64,000 bases of DNA from an uncultured Planctomycetia bacterium (GTDB lineage: Bacteria; Omnitrophota; Gorgyraeia; Tantalellales; Tantalellaceae): the NCBI GenBank assembly GCA_964409365.1, contig CAYPCX010000002.1:96984-160983 (forward strand), in the 5' to 3' direction. Positions within the stretch are counted from its first letter, which is position 1, and the number at the start of each line of letters is the position of its first letter. Position numbers and translations under genes: made by a program. The notes under the pieces were generated by a model. That model was not told where the DNA came from and searched no databases. It saw only the letters and a program-made list of their open reading frames with translations. Below, piece after piece: positions 1-12,000 of this stretch.

Positions 1-2
1 AC

Positions 3-3000
3 AGCACGCTAAGCCTGCGGCCCGCGACCGATAACCTGGCTGATTTCATAATGTACCTCGGAGGGGAGTTCTACAGGTACAGGGATGAGGACGGGACGCA
101 TATAGTGATCTTCGACGGCGAAGAATACGAAGCCGTCCAGAGCGAAGTGGACGAGGATATATTCCTGGTCCAGATAGGTGATGAGAAGATATTGCAGCTC
201 CTCTTCGACGACGGCCAGCCCTTCCTGCGCGATACCGCGAGCGCCATAAGCGAGAGCATACCGATGGGCGAGGCCCTGGAGATGTACAGGACGGACCTAA
301 TTACCGGAGAAGAACTGGACGGCACGGCGTCATATCTCCGCGTGATGGAGAACCGGGATGCCATGGACATACCGGAACAGCTTATTACCGTGAACACCGG
401 TTCCTACGTTGCCCAGGTGACCATACAGTACGACGAGGTGACGGGCACGTTCGGCCTGGCGGAGGGGCATAGCGCCAGGGTGAACGCCGGCACGAAAGAG
501 GTCGAGGTGCTTGACGGCGAAGATAACGTTATCGGGTCGGAGCTCATACCGAGCCAGGAGTTCGAGGTCTTCAATTCAGGCGGTGAGAATGTCGGGACGG
601 TAACGGTACAGTTCGATACGATCATCGAGGGCGAGACGGCCCTGAGCGCGGGATACACCACCGAACTCGACGGGGAAGGGCGCATCGTGACTTCGAGCGA
701 CGTTTACCCGCACGTTTTCAGGTACTGGGATGACGCCCAGGACGCCAAGGTCGTGGTGACCTCGGAATATGAAGGCGACGACGAAGTGGTCTACATGGAC
801 GGGGTGAGGTTCAGGCTGAGGCTTGACGAGTACGGCCGGGTGTTCATCGCCAAGGAACGCGTGGAAAGCGTACCGTTCTGTGACCAGATACTGACGCTCA
901 ACGATAAACCTTATTACATGACCAGGAACGCCGACGGGACATTCACCTTCGAGGACGCGGAGACCGCGGCTGAATATACCAGCACCTTCGAGTCCAGCGG
1001 CGTCGTGCTGGAACCCGTAGTGGAGATAGCCGGGGTGAAGTATTCCATAATCGTGGACGAGCTTACCGGCAGCGTCACGCTTGACGAAGTGACCCAGAAG
1101 GTATCCTCCGACAAGTTCCACATGATAGAGCTGCTCGAGGAGACTTATACCGTGATGGCTGCCAAGGTGAGCGGTATTTACGGTTTCATCAACGATGGGG
1201 GCGTGACCATATGGAGCAGTATAGGCGAAGACGACGTCAAGCGGCTGCAGCTGGGCGGTGCTAACTATACGCTCGAAGCCGAGATCGGCAGACAGCTCCA
1301 GCAGCCCGCGATAGTGGCCGCCGTGGAAAGGTATGGCGACCTGGACGGAAGCGGCAAGGTGGACACGTTCGATATAGACCAGTTCAATGTCTTCGCCGCG
1401 CATTATAAGGACCTGAACGGCGACGGCGTCGTCAACGCGCTTGACGTGACGAGCCTTGAAAGGCTGATATACATAGAAAGCACCAAGGGCATTACGTCGG
1501 AGAACATAGAGGCGTTCAGGGATAAAGCCGACGTCAACCGCGACCTTGTCGTGAGCGTCAGGGACGCCAACGCTCTCTACAGCGCCATCATGAACCAGCA
1601 CGACCTTGACAAGCAGCAGTACGTAACGCTTTTTACCGACCGGTATGCGCTGGACGAAGAAGCCGGTCAGTTTACTGTCCAGGTGATCGAAGAGGGCCAG
1701 GAAGGACATCTTGTAAGAGGCGACGATACCTATCCCGTGGAATATGACGAACTGACCGGTATCTATTCCACCACGATACAGGCGAGTGAATACACTTTCA
1801 CCGCCGCGGACCTTTACTATACCACGGATGATTTTGACCTCCAGATGATGACGGATATCCTTGCCGATATAGACGTGGGCAAGATATTGCAGCCTTCGCG
1901 GCTCGATCAGGCGGACATCAACAAGAGCGGTTTCGTGACCACGAAAGACTTCACCGACCTCCAGGAAGCGTTCACTCACCTGGAGATATGGACGAAGCAC
2001 ATATACGGTGAGGGTGAGGAAATGCCGGACACGAAGCAGGGGATGGACGCCCTCAAGGGTAACATCATAAGCCGCATGAACCAGATACAGTACGCGGAGA
2101 ACCTGAGACAGCAGTATGAGATAACGTCCGTCAAGATAGACCGCGCCAACCTGGACGGCGACGATGACGTGGGCTATGACGACAGGGCCATGCTGCTGTA
2201 TTCCCTTAACGAGTACCCGTTCCTGCGATTCTATGCGGACATGAACCAGAACGCCGCTTTGGATTACGGCGACGTGGAGATATTCGAGAACGCCGTTACC
2301 GACGCCCTGATGACCGATACGCCGCAGCCCGAGTTCATGCGCAACGTCGACATCAACGGCGACGGCATATTCAACCTGCTTGATGTGGAGACCATTACCA
2401 GGGCGCTCAGGTATTACGTCAGCATGGACGCGGATGATGACGTGGACGCGGAAGACATTACGCGTATAACCGAGATAAGGGACTACGTGGACCTGGCGGT
2501 CACTCAGCAGTACGAACTCCTTTTCGCCAGGAGGACCGGCACCAGGAGCTCGCATTACGCCGACCAGAAAGTAAGGTTCAACGGCGAGGATTACTTCGTC
2601 TCCATCACCGATGAAGGCAGGTTCGTGTTCTATGACGGCAAAGAGAATATTTACAGGTCTTACATAGGCCTGGATTTCGTGGAGATAGAAGGTGTTATAG
2701 CCGACGTCTTCCTCGACGAGGACGGCAGGATCGTCCTGGAGGAAAAACACGACCAGGGTGATCCTTACATGGAGAGCGAGCACCTGGCGGACGAAGTGAT
2801 CGACCTCGGTGGAGTATTGTACGATATTACCCATGACCATGAAGAAGGGACAATTACCATAAAGATAACCGGCGGGGAGGATGTCATCATTGATAACCTC
2901 GACCGCGCCTTAAGCCAGACCATAGAGATAGACGGGGCCGGGTACGTGGCGTACACGGAAAGCGGCGATATAGACGGAGAGCTCATACTTGTCCTGGCCG

Positions 3001-6000
3001 CGGATGCCAGCTCCAGGATATCGGACCAGGTCATAGGGTTTGAAGGGGTGATCTACAAGGTGACCTGTAACGCCGATGGTACTTACACCTTCGAAGGCGA
3101 ACTGGAAACAAAGACGAGTTTTGCCGGAGATAACAGGGTGATGCTCGGCGGCGTTGTGTACGATATCCGCGAGAACCTGTTCAACGGCCGCGTCACGCTG
3201 GTGGAATCCTACATGACGAGCAGCGATATCTGCAGCCAGGTCATCGAAGCCGACGGTAAAACCTACGAGGTCGCGGCCAACCTTAATGGCACCTATACCT
3301 TCCGCGAGATAGAAGGCGTCGTTCCGACCGGTGTAACGGCGACCAGCAGCATCGAGAAAAAAGAACGGACCCAGGACAACGTGCCGTATTACCTGCAGAC
3401 GGAACACACCGTTACGCTTACAGGTGAAGAAGAAATAGAAAGGGTGTTCGATATAGAACGCGATTATGAGACGGGTAAGATAAAACTCGTCGAGCAGTAC
3501 CAGACCCTGGAATCGAGGTACGACCCGCTGACCGGCAAAGAAGAGCTCCTGGTCTATTACAAGAAGTCGACGGGCTATAACAGGTTCGAGTGGGAGGAAG
3601 TGGCCCTTTCGGTAAGCTTCAGCGCCGCCGGCATCTTCACTATCGAAGGCCTGATCAAAGAAATTGAAAGTGACGCTTATGGCAACATAACCATCGCCTA
3701 TGGCACCGGCGCCAACTCGTTCACGCAGTCTTACTACTTGAGACCCAGCGAGGACGAAGAGAGGATAGAGGGCGATTTCAAGATCGCCTTTGACGCCGAA
3801 ACGGGACACATAGAACTTACTGAGACGCACAAGACGAGCGCCACGCTTCTCGGCCAGCTTATAGAGGTCGATGATGTGCCCTACGAGGTGCTGAGGAACG
3901 CCGACGGGAGCATAACCTTCAGGGACATCGTGTACGAATCCAGGAGATACACATCGAATCCCGTACTGAACAAGGTCAATATAGAAGGGCATATATATGA
4001 TATCATCCTCAGCCCCTATACCCAGGAGATCCGTCTCGAGGAAGAACATACCGGGGTGAGCCGGCATCTTGCCGACGGCCAGATAGAAATGGAGGGCGAG
4101 GTGTTCTACGTGTTCGAGAATTCGGACGGCAGTTTCACTCTCTCCGACGTGATCGATCTCGAGGACCCGAACGCGGGAACGGTGACCATAGGCCCCGATA
4201 ACGAGTCATTCATGGAAGTTGGCGGGTTTGTGTACGACGCTTCCATCATTTTCAGGACCGAAAGCGGTATAGCCGACGTTAACGATGACGGCCTCATAAA
4301 TTCCGCGGACAAGGAAGACCTGCTCTACGCGGTCAGCAGGATGGGCGCGGTGGATATCACCGGCGACGACTATGTGGACCAGAGCGATATGGACAGGATG
4401 AAGGCCATAATTTCCGGCATTGCGCAGGGCGAGCTCCTCGATCCAATGGAATATTACCGCGTGGACATGAACGCCAACGGCGTCCTCGACGAGGAAGACT
4501 GGCAGATAATAGAGGAAGCGTTCGCCAGGATATACCTCGACGGCGACCTTAATACCGACGGCAGAATAGACTACCTTGACTGGGAAGAGCTGGTCACGAC
4601 GCACGGCACGGCGGGCGGCTACGAAGGCGTGTATACCACTATTTCTGCCCCGGCCAGGGGATACAGCGGCGAGCCGCTCTTTGAAAGGTCGGACATATAC
4701 AGAGTTCTGGAGATAGAGGAGTTCATGGAGCTCGGCGTCGGTTATTACATGCCGGAAGAGCTGGGCATCTACAGCGGCGAGTTTACCGTGTATACCGCGA
4801 CCAGTCCGGAGCTGGTCGGTACGTTCGACATCGCCGGGGATTATTCGACCGACGGCTCGGTCATTCCCGACGGTATGGTCAGCAGGAAGGATTTCAATTA
4901 CATGGACGCGATAGTGTCCAACATCTACAAGTACGACATAAGCGGTGATTCTATCCTGGACGCGGATGACCTCCCGGCCTGGGATTCGATAAAGGACTAC
5001 TGGGACCTGGCGAAGCGTATTTCCGACGAGGATATAAGTACAGCCAACCTGACCGGCGATATCGATACTGCGACCGGCGAAGAGATAGTCGACGGAGCGG
5101 ACCTTGTCCGTTACCAGGATATAAGCGGGTACAACCCGGTGAACCAGACCTTCAGGAATTTCGACGTCAATTCGGACGGCAAGGTCACCATGCTCGACGT
5201 AAGCAACATAAGCAGGGTATATAACCTTAACCAGATCATCGACGCCTGGATACTCCCGTTCGAGGTGGACAAGTTCGACGTTGACTGGAGGCCGACCACC
5301 GAAGCTACCACGGCTTCCGTAGCCCAGCACATAGACGAGATGGAACAGCTTCTCCTGGAGCCGGTGGGCGACGGCATTTACACCACCTCGTGGGCGGACG
5401 TCAACCTCGACGGCGCAATAGACGGGAAAGACCTTGCCATCTATGAGACGCTTTATCTCGATTATATTAATAATTCCGGCGTGCCGGAGAAGCTTGATAT
5501 CGCCGAACCGTCCGGCGTCTATTCGACGGACAAACAGAGGATCCTGAACGTCGCCGATTACCTGGAAGTCCTGGACCTTTACGGTGACACGGTACTTTAT
5601 GACATGAGAGGCATTCTGGCAATGGATGCCATGCTGGACGATCTTGAAGAAGCGGTCATACAGGCGGGCATTTACACCACTCTCGGCGAGTACACCACCG
5701 GCAGGACGTATCTCGGGGATGTCCTGGACATCCTCCAGCAGGCGGACTTCGATTCGGACGGCGCCGTCAGCGCGGTCGACCTGGCCAGGCTCTATGACGC
5801 TTACGAGGCGGAGCTCCTCAGGGCGGAGCTCGGCATCACGGAAAAAGCAGACCTTTACGTCGACGGGGACACGGACGGCTACGCCGATTACGATATTAAC
5901 AAGGACGGGGAGATAGACAATAAGGACCTCGCGGACCTTGAAGCGGCTTACGAGAATTTTGAATCTTATGACATCGCCAGCTACTCAGCAACTGATGTCA

Positions 6001-9000
6001 ACGGCGACGGCCAGGTCGATTCGGACGATCTGGCCGTACAGCCGGACGGCGTGGTGGACGAAGCCGACCTGGCGTACCTGGACCTGGCCCGGGAATACCA
6101 GAGACTCGATTTCACGATAGAGGACCGCGATATACTCGCCGCGAACATTATCAGGGATTTCTACGCCAACGGTTCGGTAAAAGTGGACGAGGACGATTAC
6201 CAGGCGATAGCGGCTAATATGGCTTACGCCAGGGACGTGAACGCCGATATGACGGCGAGCGCCCTGATGGAACTGACGCCGGCGGAATACGAGAGACTTA
6301 TAACCATAGTGAACGCCGGCGGCATGACGGAAGACGACGTGGAAGCCCAGGGGCTTACCGGGCTGGACCTGAACGGTGACGGGCACCTGACGGTGGACGA
6401 CCTGGTGGTCACGGAGGGCGGCGTCGATTACCGGGACGCTTTCGCGGTAGAAGCGGCGTACGATATCCTCACGCAGCACGGGTTCAGCCTCGACGACGTC
6501 CATAAGGTAGACCTTGATTACGACGGGTTCATAACCAGCGATGACATAGAGCTCTTCGAGAAGGTCCTTGGATCGAGTGACCTCCTCGACCCGGCGGTCC
6601 AGCAGGCCGTGGAATCGCTCGGCAACATACAGTTCCAGGGCACGCGCATACCGGTAAGATGGATGAAGCGGACCGACATAAATGAGGACAACCTGATAGA
6701 TACCGACGACCTGGACCTTCTTGAAAGGGCCATGGACTATCACGCGGACGTGAACCTGGACGGCGTCGTGGACGGGAATGATATCGAGGCGATACAGGCG
6801 GTGATAGATTCCGGCGTGATGGGATTCACCGCGGATGAAGTGATAGCCGCCGACCTGAACGAGGACAGCAACGTCGATACGACGGACCTTGCCCTTCTCA
6901 AGGAAGCCGTGGCGCGCGTGTCCAATTATGACATGGACGGAGACGGCCTGGTGAACGGCCTGGACCTCCTGGTGATATTTGACATACTGGGCACCGATCC
7001 GGTCGAGGTCATGGGCGCCCAGAACGAAGAGGCGGAGGCGCTCCTGCAGACGATATACAGCACGGAGTACAAGGAAGACGCCGACGCCTGTGTCGACGCC
7101 ATAGAAGAGCTGATGACCGCTATGGAAAAGCTCAGGCTGCATTCAGCTGACATGGCCGGTCTCATGGGCGCGGATGACCCGCGTAAGCAGGAGATAACTG
7201 ACGGGATAGACGAGAAGTGGCTGGAGCTGTCCGGTATTTACAGCACGGCGGTGCAGGAAGCTTCTACGAAACCGGAAAGACAGCTCACCGACCTGGAAAC
7301 GAGCGCCCTGTACGTGCAGACGATAACCGGCCTTAAGACGGAGACCGGTTCCGCCCGGCAGGCGTCCGGGGCCGAGCATCTGTTGGAAGTGGCCCAGAAC
7401 CTGCTGGGAGAGATCGAGACCATCCGTACCGATATTCACAATACGGGTACGCAGGAAGAGATAGACCAGGTGGACGCCGATTACACGACCGCCAGCGCGG
7501 ATGTCGCGATAATAGAAGGCCTGGTAGGGGATTATAATACGGCCGAAAGCGAAATGGGCTCTATCCTTTCCGCGGCCGAAGGACTTATCGCCGAGCTGGG
7601 ATCCTATCTGGCCCTGGTGGAGGAAAGCAATGACGCGGGTCTTATCCTGGCGCTTGAAGGCCTGGCTTCAGAGGCGGAATACGACATGTTCGTGTATCTT
7701 GTCGGCGCGGCGGAGCTCAAGGCCGAATATTCGCAGAATACAGTGATCGCGGGCAAGGAAACGGAAGTCAACGCCGCCTCGGCCAGCGCGGTATCGCTCC
7801 TCGAAAGGATAAGAGAAGAAGCGGTAAGGGCGGTCATAGCGGGTCTGGATACGACCGTAAATGCAGAAGGCGAGCTTGAGGTCGAGGACGGCTTCTACCC
7901 GACAAACGAGCTCGACCTGGCCGCGATCGCTTCCAAATTCCTGGCCGGCCAGACGCTCACGCTCGAGGCGATAGCGAAAGAAGAAGAGTTCGTGGAATTT
8001 CTCTACGGCGCCTGCTTCACGACGGGACACACCGCCGAAGAGATGACAGCCGCCCTCAACAAACTTTTCGGGACGGGCGATTACACGACCAGGATGGAAA
8101 GGGAACACCTGGCGGAGGAAGTGCTTACCTCGGCGGAATTCACCGCGCAGACGATGGATAATTACGACTTCATGACCATCGTTTACGAGGTGTATCTTGC
8201 CGAAGAGGCCGAATACGGCGACATAATAGCGACTGTTTTGGACCTCAATACCGGCGGCATAACCCGTGAAGAGGTGATAGAAGCATACACCGTTACCGTC
8301 ACAGCGAGAAGGTTCATAGAAGCGGCGGAACGTGATATAACCGACGCCGAGTATGTCCGGATGGTATGCAAGACGTTCATACCGGGAGAATACACCACCG
8401 GCCAGGTGTACGACTGGGTACAGGAGATCAAAGATGAAGTAAAGACCAGGGAAGAAGTCGTGTTGGAGATCTCCGGCATAACGGATCCTGGCGATGACCT
8501 CCATTACGACATATTGAACGCGGCGGACCTGGAGATACTGGATTCCGGATGGAAGGTGTTAAGCGAGAACGATTCCGTCCTGGCGGATGCCGGGCTCGAG
8601 ACGGCAGACTACGCCGCGGAACTTATCGGAATAGACAATACCACGGTAGCGGGAGAAGGCGCGTTCGACGTCGACGTATATGTCGAGACCGTAAGACGCA
8701 TCCTTTCCTCGGAGGCGGAACTCGCCGAAAGCCGGCTGGAAGCGGTCAGCGAAGAGGCCGCCGCTTACAGTTACGCTTCCGCCGTCTATACCAGCGTGTC
8801 CGAACGGTGCAGCCAGGTCGAAGGGGCATATGACATGGTCGAAGAACTCTTCCCAGCCGTAAGCGGCATCTACACGAGCCAGGACCACGACCTCGAGGGG
8901 ACGATGGAGGGATGCTACAAGATATTCAAGCTGAACCAGCTTATCACTTCGGCGGTCGAAGAGAACAGGCAGCAGATAGCGCCGGAAGTGTACGAAGCGC

Positions 9001-12000
9001 TGGCCGGATCTTTCTTCAAGATACAGGACATGGCCCTCAGGAGAGCCACCGACGCGGTGCTTGGTATAATTCCGGGGACTTGCGGTATATCCGATGAGAG
9101 GAAACTCGAACTTAAGGCGCTTTACGACGCGATACTGGACGGAAGAGCGGAAAGCGCCGGCTTCTACGCCGAGGCGGGTATAGGCGCCGACCAGGGTGCC
9201 TCGAGAAGCGATGAGGCGGCCGCACTCGCGGGTGCCGTCTCCGGTATAGAAGCGGATATGAGCCTGACCGTGAGCGCCGGCGAGGCCGGGGCCCTGGAAA
9301 GGATAGCGGAAGACGCCAAGGCGCTTCTTGAAGAATATTCCGCCCAGCTTGAGGCCGCCGCCGAGGGCCTGGATGACAACTATTATATGCTTGAGAACAA
9401 GGCCGATGTGGATACCGGCCTTGCCCAGATAAGCGCCGACCTGGATGATATAGAAGCGAGCGCGCTGGATATCTCCAAGGACGAATCCAATATAGTATCG
9501 CTGAGAGAGAGAACGGTCGCGATGAGGGACATGATCCTCGAGCTTGGCGAGAGGCTGGACGCTTCGGGATCGCTGGACGAAAAGAAAGCGCTTCTTGTCA
9601 CGCTGAATGCCGCGCTGGATGACCTGGTCGCGTACAACAGCAGCGTAAGCTCCGTGGCGATAAAATACCCGAACAATCGTGCGGTACTTACGGAATTGCG
9701 TGAGACCGCGACGATCACAGAGGAAATAGGATCGCTTATACGCGAAGCCGAAAAGGACGTAAGGATCGAGGAAGCTGTCCAGTCCAAGGGCGCGGCGATG
9801 AAAGAGGCCGCCCTCCGCGCGGCGGAGATGCTCCAGCATATCAGGGACCTCCTCGGCGAGTTCAGCCCGCAGGACACCGAAGTGACAGCCCTTATGGTGG
9901 ATATCGCCGAAGGCCTGATGGCAAGGATCGCCGAGGCGAGGGGTGAGATCCACCTTGTGGCGCTTTCCGCGCAGGATGACGCAGACATGGCGGCTAACGT
10001 CGCGGAAGTGGACGACATCTCGGCGAATACGGCCGAACCGCTCATGCGTTACATCTACACGACGCAGCAGGAGATGGCGGCGATATCTTCCGAAGGCGCT
10101 TCGTTCGTCACGCTCAGTAAGGACCTTGCCGCCGCCGTAAGAAAGCTGCGCGATATAAGCGTTACCACGGACGATGCCGAAACCCTCATGAGGCTGGCCG
10201 AGGCGGCGGAGGAAATAACCGCGGACCTCCTCGACCTTAACGGCAGGTGCCAGGCCATGGTCGCAGGCGGCTACACGTCGCAGGAATGGCTGGACAACGC
10301 GCTTGAGGTGAGCAAGAACGCCGATGTCGCGGGATACCGGAACGAGATGTTCGAAGAAGCATATACGGCCGCGGTAGTGATGATGAAAGAGACGCTTTCC
10401 ACTTATAACGAAGAATTGTCCGATATAGTAAATGAGACCGATGTTGAGAACCTCGATGAAGCCAGGGGACTTTTGATGGCCGCGGACCAGATCGTAGAGC
10501 GCCTCGTCGGTCTGACCGGTCAGGCCGTCGATGCCGGCAGGCAGCTTCCCGGTGATACGGATATGATAGGCAAAGTGGAAGAGGTCAAAGCCGAGCTCAG
10601 GGACGCTTTCGAGAAACTGGACACGATAAAAGAGAACGTGCTCTACCGGGACGGGACCGGCTCCGATCTGACCTCGTTCATCGACAGGTTGAACGTCGTC
10701 GGTGACGCCATGGATGAACTCGAGGTCATCGCCGCGAGCTGCGCGTTCGACGAAGACGGATTGCGGGACCTCCTCGCGCTCAGGGCCATGGCGGTCGCCG
10801 CGTATGACGAATACGTCATGATAGAAGAGGTGGCAAGCCAGATCGTCGCCGATAATCCGGAGGATGAAGAAACGCTGGAGCCCAGGCTGACGACCATACG
10901 GACCTTTGCGGATCCGCTGTCGGGAGGCGTGGATAACATAGAGGACACTATAGATGCGGCCCTGGTCGTGTTAAAGAGCGGCGGGTTCACCACGTTCTAT
11001 GCTGCGGCCACCGACTACGCCGATCTTTCCGAGAGGGCCGATACTATCGCCCGCTCCGTGACCGGAGGTTCGACGCTGGGCGAGCTGGAAAAGGAAGAAT
11101 GCGTCGCCCAGCTGGCTGTAAGAACGGCAGGCGAGATGCTCACGACCGCGACGACCGCCGCGGACGTCTTCAGTGAAGATTTTGAGTTCGGCACGGCGGA
11201 CTACTGGGACAGCATCTACACAACCGACGGGTCTCCGGGAGTGACCTCGCAGGCCCCGGCCAATCCCGGGATATTCGGCGGGGAATATATCCTTGAACTC
11301 AGGGGTGGCTCTTCTTACGCGATCAAGGACCTGGGCGACCTGACCGATGCCGCCAAGGTCACGGTAAGCTTCTACGGGGCGGTCTCCAGCCTGGATTACA
11401 GTTACTATAATCCGGAATACATGGACATGGATTTCTATCACCACGGCCAGTGGGAAGAGGGCATGGTCCGGTTCACCAGGAGCGACAACGACGCCGGGTA
11501 CATCCTCAAGACGTTCGAAGTGCCGGAAGAATGGCTCTCAAGCGACAACAAGATACGGTTCGCCGCCAGGGCGTCCAGCAACGGGGATTATTTCTACGTT
11601 GATAATGTCATGGTCTCCTCGAGCGCCGGACCAGGCGCGGCGTCCGTGGAAGAGATAAGCGGGACGGTCGTATCCTGCATAGAACATCTCGGGGAAGCGC
11701 GCGATACGCGCCTAGAGCTTGAAGCCGCGAGTAACACTCAGGTCCTGATGGACCTTGCCGCGAGCGACAGGGAGTCCGCGGACAAAGCGTACCTCATCGC
11801 GAATTCATCCGAGGAGATCGAGAAGGCGGTCCACCTGGCCGGCGTGATCGAGCAGGCCAAAGACGACCTTGTCGTTCTCAAGGCGATAGCCGTTGCAACC
11901 GGCGTGTTCACCCAGGATGATCTGGATATACTTGACGATTATATAGCAGATACCGAGGACGACCTCCAGGCGCTTCTCGATGATCTCCTCACGGGGAGGA

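Noticed and set aside
51-53. ATG at 51 as the true start of ORF1
   Set aside because: The frame is open to the window edge, there is no RBS or signal peptide, and the sequence begins mid-repeat.
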